Below the pieces are notes generated by a model that was not told where the DNA came from, did no database searches, and was given only the letters and a program-made list of their open reading frames with translations. The translations under genes were made by a program, and so were the position numbers. A DNA stretch of 36,886 nucleotides. Origin: Streptosporangiaceae bacterium. GTDB lineage: Bacteria > Actinomycetota > Actinomycetes > Streptosporangiales > Streptosporangiaceae. The stretch covers positions 1 through 36,886 of the forward strand of contig DATCUG010000626.1 of NCBI GenBank assembly GCA_036567525.1, read 5' to 3'. Below, in pieces: positions 8,892 to 16,757 of the stretch (position 1 is the first letter of the stretch; every line of letters begins with the position of its first letter).

Positions 8892-9506
8892 ATGCCCCCC
8901 ACCGCCACCGCGCCAGCTGGCCCCGATGGGCCCCCCACCCGGGGCCGGGTCCGCTGGCGCCGGTTCGCCATCCTGTTCATCCCGGCCATGGCCGCCGCGG
9001 CCACCATGGTCGTGCTGACCACCGAAGGCGTGCTGGCCGCGTCGATCTCAGTATCCGGGAGCGCGTTCGAAGTCAGCGCCAGCCAGCTCAAGGGATCCGG
9101 GTTCGAGCAGTTCGGCGGCGTCGTCACCGACGGCAAGGGCAACCCGCACCCGGTGGCCATCTCGGCCATTCACCATGCCACGCTGAGCAGCCTGTGCCAG
9201 AGCGTGAGCGTGGGCGGGGTAACGCTGCGCATCACGGCGGGCGGCGGCAGTTCGCCGGCCGTGGCCGACAACCTGATCGTGGACGCGGACCAGCTGTCCG
9301 GCGACGCCACGTTCAGCAACATCACCATTGGCCAGGACGCCGGGACGCTCAGCAAGGACCCGGGCGTCAGCGGCCCGTCCGGCGGGTTCGGCCAGCAGGC
9401 GGACAGCGTGACCATTGACAACCTCAGGCAGCACACCTGGCTGACCACCGCGGGCACGTTCACCCTGCCAGGCTTCTCGCTGAGCTTCGGAAACGCCTGC
9501 TACTAG
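8892..9506 (+). CDS. N-terminally anchored/exported beta-rich protein of unknown function (resembles the DUF6230 family, from memory)
   Basis: ATG at 8892 follows AGGAG. The N-terminus RGRVRWRRFAILFIPAMAAAATMVVL has an RRF Tat-like motif plus a hydrophobic segment. The rest is Ser/Gly/Thr-rich with no catalytic motif recognised. Its stop TAG overlaps the next gene's GTG (TAGTG). Confidence 0.6.
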   Translation: MPPTATAPAGPDGPPTRGRVRWRRFAILFIPAMAAAATMVVLTTEGVLAASISVSGSAFEVSASQLKGSGFEQFGGVVTDGKGNPHPVAISAIHHATLSSLCQSVSVGGVTLRITAGGGSSPAVADNLIVDADQLSGDATFSNITIGQDAGTLSKDPGVSGPSGGFGQQADSVTIDNLRQHTWLTTAGTFTLPGFSLSFGNACY

Positions 9507-10144
9507 TGAATACGCCAGACGAGGAGGCCCAGCCGGACAGCGCCTGGCAGCGGTTCAGGAACTGGCGGCGCAGCCGCCCGTTCTGGGGCGGCCTGCTGCT
9601 CGCGCTGGCCGGGCTGGAACTCATCGCGATACCGCTGCTGTCCGTGCTGGCCCATGGCTCGGTCAAGGTGGTCATCTACATCGGCATCGGCGGCGTGTTC
9701 GGCGTGCTGATCGGTGGCCTGATGCTGGCCTGCGGCCTGCTCATCTGGTTCCACCCGGTGCAGCGGGTGTTCTACTCGGTGGCCGGCGTGCTGCTGGCCA
9801 TCGCGTCGTTCGTCGCCACCAACCTGGGCGGTTTCTTCCTCGGCATGCTGCTCGGCGTCATCGGGGCCTCGCTGAGCTTCGGCTGGACCCCGGATACCGC
9901 CCGGCCCGGCGGCGTGCACCGGCCGTACCGGCCGCGCCGTGCGTCGCCCTCCGAGGGGCTGAACCTGGTGCTGCCGGGCCGCCGGGCCCGGGACGCGGCG
10001 CTGGAGAACCCTGGGCTGGAGAGCCCAGGGCTGGAGGACCCCGGCGCGGCGGAAACCACGCCGGGCCGCGGCGATGAGCCGGACCCGGACCAGGGCCGGG
10101 ACCAGGTAACGGAGTGGGGCAGCCACACCGGGAGGGCGTGGTGA
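9506..10144 (+). CDS. Small polytopic membrane protein, about 4 TM (resembles the DUF6114 family, from memory), with a Pro/Gly/Glu-rich C-terminal tail
   Basis: Hydrophobic segments: FWGGLLLALAGLELIAIPLL, VVIYIGIGGVFGVLIGGLMLACGLLIWF, FYSVAGVLLAIASFVATNL and GGFFLGMLLGVIGASLSFGW. The GTG start overlaps the upstream stop by 1 nt, and the stop overlaps the next start (GTGGTGA). Confidence 0.6.
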   Translation: MNTPDEEAQPDSAWQRFRNWRRSRPFWGGLLLALAGLELIAIPLLSVLAHGSVKVVIYIGIGGVFGVLIGGLMLACGLLIWFHPVQRVFYSVAGVLLAIASFVATNLGGFFLGMLLGVIGASLSFGWTPDTARPGGVHRPYRPRRASPSEGLNLVLPGRRARDAALENPGLESPGLEDPGAAETTPGRGDEPDPDQGRDQVTEWGSHTGRAW

Positions 10145-10902
10145 GAAAGCTGGCCCTGGCCGTGGTGCTGCCGCTGGCCGCAGCGGGCCTGGTGCTGCCC
10201 GGCCTGTTCCGGCCGGCCCAGGCCAGCGCGGCGGCCGCGGCGCCCGCAGCCGCCGCCCAGCCGGACTGCCTGATCCCGATCTTCTGCCCGTCACCGAGCC
10301 CGAGCCCGACCCCGACCCCGTCCGGCGGGACGACCCCGGCGCCCACGCCGTCGGCGTCCGCCGACCCCAGCCCGTCGGCCAGCGCCAGCGTGTCCCCGGG
10401 CGGCCAGCAAAAGGCCGTGCCGAAGCACAAGAAGAAGGCCACCGGCCCGAAGAAGGCCTCGTCCATCAAGGCCAAGGACGCCAACGGGCTGGAGATCAGC
10501 GAAGCCCAGTTCGGCCTGACCACGGGCACCGCGGTGATGCACGGGGCGACCTATGACGGGACGGCCGACGTGCCCACGGCCAGCGGGGCCACGGTCAAGA
10601 TGCTGAAGTTCAGCATGACGGCGCTCGACCTGACCGGCTCACCCACGCTGACCGTGTCGCAGGGCGGGCAGTCGGCCGAGACGAGCGGCTCCGCCATGCA
10701 CTTCAGCGGGAACGTGGTGCTGTACGTGACCAAGCTGACCGGTCATCTGCTCGGCATCCCGCTCACGCTCACCCCGGGCAGCCCGCTGGCCCTGTTCACC
10801 AGTTTGCTGAACGGGGTGCCGCTCACCGACGTCACCACGGATCAGCCGGTCATCTCCGCGAATTCGCTGTCCATCCCCGGCCTGCAGGTGAATGCGGGCT
10901 GA
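10138..10902 (+). CDS. Secreted protein of unknown function: Sec signal, Pro/Thr/Ser linker, Lys-rich patch, beta-rich C-terminal domain
   Basis: GTG at 10138/10141 follows GGGAGGG. Signal-like VVRKLALAVVLPLAAAGLVLPGLFRPAQASA, then PSPSPSPTPTPSGGTTPAPTPSASADPSPSASAS, then KAVPKHKKKATGPKKASSIKAK. The C-terminal domain aligns by eye with the product of 8892-9506. Confidence 0.6.
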   Translation: MVRKLALAVVLPLAAAGLVLPGLFRPAQASAAAAAPAAAAQPDCLIPIFCPSPSPSPTPTPSGGTTPAPTPSASADPSPSASASVSPGGQQKAVPKHKKKATGPKKASSIKAKDANGLEISEAQFGLTTGTAVMHGATYDGTADVPTASGATVKMLKFSMTALDLTGSPTLTVSQGGQSAETSGSAMHFSGNVVLYVTKLTGHLLGIPLTLTPGSPLALFTSLLNGVPLTDVTTDQPVISANSLSIPGLQVNAG

Positions 10903-10919
10903 TCCGGCCGGACGCGCCG

Positions 10920-10953
10920 CCGGGGTGGCCAGCGGCTAGCTGGGCCACCCCGG
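10920..10953. terminator. Bidirectional intrinsic-terminator-like hairpin between convergent genes
   Basis: CCGGGGTGGCC (10920-10930) and GGCCACCCCGG (10943-10953) form a perfect 11-bp stem with a 12-nt loop. It lies in the 65-bp gap between the stops at 10902 (+) and 10968 (-). Confidence 0.55.
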
Positions 10954-10967
10954 TGCCACGATCCTGG

Positions 10968-11492
10968 TCAGGGCGTCCGGACCTGCCCGTTCACGTCGGA
11001 GGTCTCCGACTGCTCGTTGCTGCTGGCGGGCATGCCGTTGGCCGATGCCGCCGACGCCGGTGGCGTGCCGGTGTCCGGTTCGCTGCTGGCCTGCTTGTCA
11101 CGCTGGCTCTTGAACAGGAGCGCCGCGACGGCGGCCGCCGACGCGGTCACGATCCCGGCCAGGATGGCCGGCCAGAGCCGGCGGCGGTCCTTGTCGGGCT
11201 GCATCTTGCGCGCCGTGGCGATCATGGCGGAGGAGACCTTGGGGGCGATGCGCTCCTGCACAGCCACCCCGGCCTGCTCGACCCGGGGCGCGGCCCAGGT
11301 CCGGGCCTGCCGCACGCCCTGGCTGGCGGTGAGCTGGACGCTCTTGGCCAGCGGAGTGAACTGCTCCTTGGCCGCGACGGCGCGTCCCTGCACCCGTATC
11401 GCCTGAGCCTTGGCCTGCATGGCCTGAGCCTTGGCCTGCGTCGCCCCGGCCTTGGCCCGGGACTTTACGTCCTGGCTGCTTGTCCTTGACAC
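10968..11492 (-). CDS. Hypothetical membrane-anchored protein: Ala/Lys/Gln-rich amphipathic N-terminal region, one TM, acidic Ser-rich tail
   Basis: GTG start (complement 11490-11492) follows GGGGAGG. It contains the AKAQAMQAKAQA repeat, a TM segment LWPAILAGIVTASAAAVAALLF, and the tail SSEPDTGTPPASAASANGMPASSNEQSETSD. No function recognised. Confidence 0.5.
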   Translation of the reverse strand: MSRTSSQDVKSRAKAGATQAKAQAMQAKAQAIRVQGRAVAAKEQFTPLAKSVQLTASQGVRQARTWAAPRVEQAGVAVQERIAPKVSSAMIATARKMQPDKDRRRLWPAILAGIVTASAAAVAALLFKSQRDKQASSEPDTGTPPASAASANGMPASSNEQSETSDVNGQVRTP

Positions 11493-11693
11493 GATTAACC
11501 TCCCCGAGTAGCTCCCCCGGCCACTCGATTCCCTAGGAGACAACACTCAACCCTCAGTTCCCTGCGCGGGCGGGCTCAATCCTGATTCGCTGCTCGTTCA
11601 TCCGCGCCGTAAGGTACGAGGGGTGGGCCCGCGGCAGCCGCCGGTGGGCCGGAAACGGCGAACATGAGCCCGCTCCGTGCGAGGATTTCAGCT

Positions 11694-12221
11694 ATGACTA
11701 ACACGCTCACCGCGACGCTGCGGACGAACCAGGGGACCATCGTGGTCCGGCTTTTCCCCGACCACGCGCCCAAGACCGTGCGCAACTTCGTCGAGCTGGC
11801 CGAGGGCGGCCGGGACTGGACCGACCCGCGTACCGGGCAGCCCAGCCGGGACAGCCTTTACAACGGGACGATCTTTCACCGGGTGATCCCGGATTTCATG
11901 ATCCAGGGCGGCGACCCGCTCGGCACCGGAACCGGCGGCCCGGGCTATCAGTTCGCTGACGAGATTCACCCGGATCTGGCGTTCAGCCGGCCTTATCTGC
12001 TGGCCATGGCCAATGCCGGGCCGGGCACTAATGGCTCCCAGTTCTTCCTCACCACCGTGCCCACGCCGTGGCTGAACGGCAAGCACACCATCTTTGGCGA
12101 GGTTATCGAGGGCAACGACGTGGTGGACGCGATCAGCCACGTGGACCGGGACCGGCGGGACCGGCCGGCCAAGGACGTGGTGCTCGAGTCGGTCGAGATC
12201 TCCCGCGGCGACGGCGCGTAA
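11694..12221 (+). CDS. ppiA: Peptidyl-prolyl cis-trans isomerase, cyclophilin type
   Basis: FPDHAPKTVRNFVELA, FHRVIPDFMIQGGDPLGTGTGGPGY, LAMANAGPGTNGSQFFLT and HTIFGEV are canonical cyclophilin motifs. ATG at 11694 sits 8 nt after GAGGA. Confidence 0.93.
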   Translation: MTNTLTATLRTNQGTIVVRLFPDHAPKTVRNFVELAEGGRDWTDPRTGQPSRDSLYNGTIFHRVIPDFMIQGGDPLGTGTGGPGYQFADEIHPDLAFSRPYLLAMANAGPGTNGSQFFLTTVPTPWLNGKHTIFGEVIEGNDVVDAISHVDRDRRDRPAKDVVLESVEISRGDGA

Positions 12222-12249
12222 CCCAGGGTCTGGCAACGGCAGGCTGACA

Positions 12250-13116
12250 GTGGACGAACTCCCGGCTTCGGGCGCCGAGGCGCCAGCGGTACCAACCTGT
12301 TTCCGGCACCCGGGCCGGGAGACCTACCTGTCCTGCAGCCGGTGCGGCCGGCCGGCCTGCCCGGACTGCCTGCGGGCCGCGCCGGTCGGCCAGCACTGCG
12401 TGGAGTGCGTCCGGGAAGGCCACAAGGGCGCCCGCCGGCCGACCGCGGTGTTCGGCGGGCGGCCCGCCATGAGCTCGATCGTGACCTGGGTCATCGTCGG
12501 CCTCAACGTGCTGTTCTACCTGGTCGAGCTGGGCTACCCGGCGCTGGCCGACAACTGGGCCATGGTGGCCAAGTTCGGGCCGCATCTCGGCGTGGCCGAC
12601 GGGCAGTACTACCGGCTCATCACCTCGGCGTTCCTGCCGCCGACCGGCTCCAGCGGGCTGCTCGACATCGCGTTCAACATGTGGGCGCTGATCCTGGTCG
12701 GGCCGGCCCTGGAACGGCTGCTCGGCCACCTGCGGTTCGCCGTGGTGTACCTGCTGAGCGCGCTCGGCGGGTCGGTGCTGTACTACCTGATCGCCCCGCC
12801 GCTGCAGCCCGCGCTGGGCGCTTCCGGGGCCATTTTCGGCCTGTTCGGCGCGTGGTTCGTGGTGTCCAGGCGGCTCCGCCTGGACACCCGGGCCATCGTG
12901 TTCCTGATCGTGCTGAACCTGGCCATCAGCTTCGTGTGGCGCTCGGCGATCGCCTGGCAGGCCCACGTCGGCGGGCTCATCGTGGGCAGCCTGCTGACCG
13001 CGGCCTATGCCTACGCGCCGCGCTCACAGCGCACCCTGATTCAGATCGGCGCGACGGTGATCGTGCTGGCCGCGCTGATCGCCGCGGTGATTACCCGGAC
13101 GAACGCGCTGACCTGA
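12250..13116 (+). CDS. Rhomboid-family intramembrane serine protease with an N-terminal Cys-rich (zinc-ribbon-like) cytoplasmic domain
   Basis: Catalytic GASGAIFGLFGAW (GxSG) and AHVGGLIVG (His), with about 6 TM segments. The N-terminal Cys pattern is C-x11-CxxC-x4-CxxC-x9-CxxC (7 Cys). Start placed at the first in-frame GTG after the ppiA stop (12250); CTG at 12244 is the alternative. Confidence 0.85.
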   Translation: MDELPASGAEAPAVPTCFRHPGRETYLSCSRCGRPACPDCLRAAPVGQHCVECVREGHKGARRPTAVFGGRPAMSSIVTWVIVGLNVLFYLVELGYPALADNWAMVAKFGPHLGVADGQYYRLITSAFLPPTGSSGLLDIAFNMWALILVGPALERLLGHLRFAVVYLLSALGGSVLYYLIAPPLQPALGASGAIFGLFGAWFVVSRRLRLDTRAIVFLIVLNLAISFVWRSAIAWQAHVGGLIVGSLLTAAYAYAPRSQRTLIQIGATVIVLAALIAAVITRTNALT

Positions 13117-13133
13117 GGGCTGCGGCGGCTAAC

Positions 13134-13379
13134 TCAGCGCCACTTGGTGGACAGGACCACGCCGCCGATGATGAACGCGAAGCCGACCACCAGGTTCCAG
13201 TCCGCCAGCGCGCCAATCGGCAGGCTGCCCTGGGTGACGTAGAACATCGCGATCCAGGCCAGCCCGATCAGCAGGCAGGCCAGCATGGCCGGGACCAGCC
13301 AGCGCGGGCTGACCTTCGACTTCGACGTCCGGGGCGGCGGGGTGTAGACCGCCTTGGACCTCACGCGGGACTTGGGCAC
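13134..13379 (-). CDS. crgA: Cell division protein CrgA
   Basis: 81 aa, MPKSRVRSK...YTPPP....KVSPRWLVP plus two TM segments. Its position between the rhomboid gene and pknB matches the conserved actinobacterial arrangement. Confidence 0.9.
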   Translation of the reverse strand: MPKSRVRSKAVYTPPPRTSKSKVSPRWLVPAMLACLLIGLAWIAMFYVTQGSLPIGALADWNLVVGFAFIIGGVVLSTKWR

Positions 13380-13412
13380 GGTCGTCTCCTGGTCAACTAG
13401 CTCTGCCCGAGT

Positions 13413-15236
13413 CTAGCGCCGTCCGTTCGCGTTACCCCCGCCGTTGCCGCCACCGCCACCCCCGCCACCGCCCTGGGTGGTCACGGTCGCGGTCGGGGTG
13501 GGTGTCGCGGGCTGGGTCGGGGTGGGCGAGGCGGTGGTCGGCGCGGTGGTCGGCTGGGTGGCCGCGGCCACGAAGATGGTCACCGTGGAGCCGGACGGCG
13601 CGGTGGTGCCGTTGGTCGGCTGCTGCTGGAACACGGTGCCCGGGGCCGTGCCGGCCGGCCCGGCCGCCGTGACCACGTGGACCTGGAACCCCGCGTTCTT
13701 AAGGATCGACTGGGCGGTGGCCTGCGGGTCGCCGATGACCGACGGCACCTGGGTGCCGCCACCGGACACGTACAGCACCACCGTGCTGCCCTGCTTCACC
13801 TGCGTGCCCGCGGGCGGATTCGTCCTGGCCACCTTGCCCTGGGCCAGGGCGGAGTTCGGCGCCGTCTTGGTCGTGACGTTCAGGCCGAGGTTCTGCAGCT
13901 GGCTCTGCGCGGTGGGTTCGGAGTCGCCGACCACGTTCGGGATCGTGACCTTCTTCGGCCCGGCCGACACCCGCAGTGTCACGTTGCTGTGCGGTGCCAC
14001 TTTCGTGCCGAACTGCGGGTTGCTGCTCACCACGATGCCGACCTTGTCCGAGGACGGCACCTTGACCACCACCGGGTTCAGCCCGGCGTTCTTCACCGCC
14101 CTGACCGCCGCCGCCTGGGTCTGGCCGACCACCGACGGCACCGAGGCGGTGTTCCCGCCGCCCCCGTTCAGCAGCATGTAGGCCAGGGCGGCGAGGATGA
14201 TGACCGCGACCGCGCCGAGGATCCACCACAGCGCCCGGCGGCGGCCGCCGCCGGTGCCGTCGTCATAGCCGTCGTCCGGGCCGCCGTAGTCGGCCATCGT
14301 GCCGGTCGGGGCGCCCGCGCCGGCCAGCATGGTCTGCTGGCCCATCCGCTGCGTGCCTGGCGCGTACATCTGGGTCTGCGCCGGCGCGGCCACCGGCACC
14401 CCGGACAGCGCGCGCTGGATGTCGGTACGCATCTCGGCGGCCGACTGGTAGCGGTCGGCCGGGTCCTTGGCCATCGCCTTGAGCACGATCGCGTCGGCCC
14501 ACGGCGGTATTTCCGGGTCCACCTGAGACGGCGGGACCGGGTTCTCCCGGACGTGCTGGTAGGCGATGGCCACCGGTGAGTCGCCGGTGAACGGCGGCCG
14601 GCCGGTGAGCAGTTCATACAGCAGGCAGCCGGTCGAGTACAGATCGCTGCGCGCGTCCACCCGCTCACCGCGGGCCTGCTCCGGGGACAGGTACTGGGCG
14701 GTGCCGATCACCTGGGCGGTCTGCGTCATCGTGGCCTGGGTGTCGCTGACCGCGCGGGCGATGCCGAAGTCCATCACCTTGACCTCGGCCGCCCGGGTCA
14801 GCATCACGTTGCCGGGCTTGATGTCCCGGTGCACGATGCCGTTGCGGTGGCTGTAGTCCAGCGCGCGGAGCACCCCGTCGGTGATCTCCAGCGCCCGCTC
14901 CGGCAGCAGCCGCCGGTCGTCGCGGAGCAGTTCCCGCAGCGTCCGGCCGTCCACGTACTCCATCACGATGTAGGGCACGTGTATCTGGCCGCTCATGTCC
15001 TCGCCGGTGTCGTACACCGCGACGATGGACGGGTGGTTCAGCGACGCGGCCGACTGGGCCTCGCGGCGGAACCGGGCCTGGAACGTCTGGTCCCGGGCCA
15101 GGTCCTCGCGGAGCGTCTTGACCGCGACGATCCGGTCCAGCCGGATGTCCCGGGCCCGGTATACCTCGGCCATGCCGCCTCTGCCGACGACGCCGTCGAG
15201 TTCGTAGCGGCCGCCCAGGAGTCGCGGCTGTGTCAT
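13413..15236 (-). CDS. pknB: Ser/Thr protein kinase PknB with an extracellular PASTA domain array
   Basis: Hanks motifs GRGGMAEVY, VAVK, HRDIKPGN, DFG and SPE. One TM (WWILGAVAVIILAALAYMLL), then three PASTA-like repeats (VPSVVGQ.., IPNVVGD.., VPSVIGD..), then a Pro/Thr-rich tail ending in G9NGGGNANGRR. Start placed at ATG (MTQPRLLGGRYEL); GTG at 15245 is the alternative. Confidence 0.95.
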   Translation of the reverse strand: MTQPRLLGGRYELDGVVGRGGMAEVYRARDIRLDRIVAVKTLREDLARDQTFQARFRREAQSAASLNHPSIVAVYDTGEDMSGQIHVPYIVMEYVDGRTLRELLRDDRRLLPERALEITDGVLRALDYSHRNGIVHRDIKPGNVMLTRAAEVKVMDFGIARAVSDTQATMTQTAQVIGTAQYLSPEQARGERVDARSDLYSTGCLLYELLTGRPPFTGDSPVAIAYQHVRENPVPPSQVDPEIPPWADAIVLKAMAKDPADRYQSAAEMRTDIQRALSGVPVAAPAQTQMYAPGTQRMGQQTMLAGAGAPTGTMADYGGPDDGYDDGTGGGRRRALWWILGAVAVIILAALAYMLLNGGGGNTASVPSVVGQTQAAAVRAVKNAGLNPVVVKVPSSDKVGIVVSSNPQFGTKVAPHSNVTLRVSAGPKKVTIPNVVGDSEPTAQSQLQNLGLNVTTKTAPNSALAQGKVARTNPPAGTQVKQGSTVVLYVSGGGTQVPSVIGDPQATAQSILKNAGFQVHVVTAAGPAGTAPGTVFQQQPTNGTTAPSGSTVTIFVAAATQPTTAPTTASPTPTQPATPTPTATVTTQGGGGGGGGGNGGGNANGRR

Positions 15237-15278
15237 GTCTCGCACGTCAGTAACCGTTCCGCGTCGTAGTCGTCGTCA

Positions 15279-16757
15279 TTACTGTCCCACGGCGTTCAGG
15301 TAGGCCTTGATGATGGCCACCGCGATCGGCGCGGCGGCGTCAGCACCCTGACCGCCCCCCTTAACCACGACGCCGACAGCTATCTTCGGGTTGGCGGCTG
15401 GGGCGAAACAGGTGAACACCGCATCGTCCAGGCCGCTGTTGTTGATCCCGTTCTGCGCGGTGCCGGTCTTGGCCGCGATCACGATCCCGCCGGACGCCTG
15501 CAGCCCCGCGCTGATGTGCGCGGTGCCCTGCGCGTTCTGCGTTACCTGGGTCATCATGTCGGTCACGTTTTGCGCGATGGCCGGGGTTACCGGACGGCTG
15601 AGTACGGTCGGCTGCGTGGTGTTCAGCGTGGTCAGGTCGGGCGCGGTGACCTTGTCAACCATATAGGGCCGCATCAGCGTGCCGTGATCCGCGATGGCCG
15701 AGGCGAGCATGGCCTCCTGCATCGGGGTCACCGTGTCGCTCTCCTGGCCGATCGCCGCGCCCGCCCGCTGCGCTGGGTCCGGATACAGCGGGAAGTTGCT
15801 CTGCGTGACCGGGAGCGGGATGGTCAGCTTCGGGTTATTGAAACCGAACAGGTTGGCCTGCCGCTGCAGTTGCTGCGCGGTCAGGTGCAGGCCCAGGTTG
15901 CCGAACACGGTGTTGCAGGACTGCAGGAACGCCTGGATCAGCGGCACCCGCCCGCTGCCGTCGCCACACGCCTCGCCATCGAAGTTGATCAGCGGCTGGG
16001 AGACGCCGGGCAGCTTGAGCTGGGCCGGCGCGAAGACCTGGGTGTTCGCGTTGATGCCCTTGTCGGTCATGGCGGTGGAACTCGTCACCACCTTGAACGA
16101 CGATCCCGGCGGGAACGTGACGTTGATGGCCCGGTTCAGCAGCGGCTGGTTCGGGTTCTTCAGCAGCCGATCATCGTTCTTCTTCAGCTGGTTGCCGTTC
16201 AGCGTGGCCAGCTGGTTCGGGTCGAACGTCGGGTTGGAGGCCATCGCCAGCACCGCGCCGGTGGACGGGTTCAGCGCGACCACCCCGGCCTCCTTGCCCT
16301 GGGCTTTCAGCGCGTTGTACGCGGCCTCCTGGGCGGCCGAGTTGATGGTCGTCTGGACGGTGGCGCCCTTCTTCTGCTTCCCGGTGATCAGGTCGATCAG
16401 GTTGTGCACGGCCAGCGCCGGGTCCGACCCGGCCAGCTGCTTGTTCTCGGCCTGCTCGATCCCGGTCTGGCTGAACAGCGTGTCGTACCCGGTGATCGGG
16501 GCGTACATCTTGCCGGCCGGGTAGTACCGCTGGTACTCACCGAACGCCTTGTTCATCTTCGAGTACGCGATGACCTTCTGGTCGGCCGTGATGATCGAGC
16601 CGCGCTTGAACTGCAGCGTGGACGTGAACGTGCGGCCGTTGCCCGGCTCGTTGGCCAGGCTGCTCGCCTCGAACCCCTGCACGTAGTTCACGTTGACCAG
16701 GAGCAGTACGAACATGACCAGGGCGATCAGTGAAACCCGGCGCAGCGCGTGGTTCAT
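15279..16757 (-). CDS. pbpA: Class B penicillin-binding protein / D,D-transpeptidase PbpA
   Basis: SxxK (GSSFKV), SxN (SCN) and KTG (AKTGTA) motifs, with an N-terminal TM. Its start overlaps the rodA stop (ATGA). Confidence 0.93.
   Translation of the reverse strand: MNHALRRVSLIALVMFVLLLVNVNYVQGFEASSLANEPGNGRTFTSTLQFKRGSIITADQKVIAYSKMNKAFGEYQRYYPAGKMYAPITGYDTLFSQTGIEQAENKQLAGSDPALAVHNLIDLITGKQKKGATVQTTINSAAQEAAYNALKAQGKEAGVVALNPSTGAVLAMASNPTFDPNQLATLNGNQLKKNDDRLLKNPNQPLLNRAINVTFPPGSSFKVVTSSTAMTDKGINANTQVFAPAQLKLPGVSQPLINFDGEACGDGSGRVPLIQAFLQSCNTVFGNLGLHLTAQQLQRQANLFGFNNPKLTIPLPVTQSNFPLYPDPAQRAGAAIGQESDTVTPMQEAMLASAIADHGTLMRPYMVDKVTAPDLTTLNTTQPTVLSRPVTPAIAQNVTDMMTQVTQNAQGTAHISAGLQASGGIVIAAKTGTAQNGINNSGLDDAVFTCFAPAANPKIAVGVVVKGGGQGADAAAPIAVAIIKAYLNAVGQ

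Noticed and set aside
11401-11440. The tandem DNA repeat GCCTGAGCCTTGGCCTGCATGGCCTGAGCCTTGGCCTGCG, considered as a possible regulatory repeat.
   Set aside because: It lies inside the CDS 10968-11492(-) and simply encodes the AKAQAMQAKAQA amphipathic repeat.
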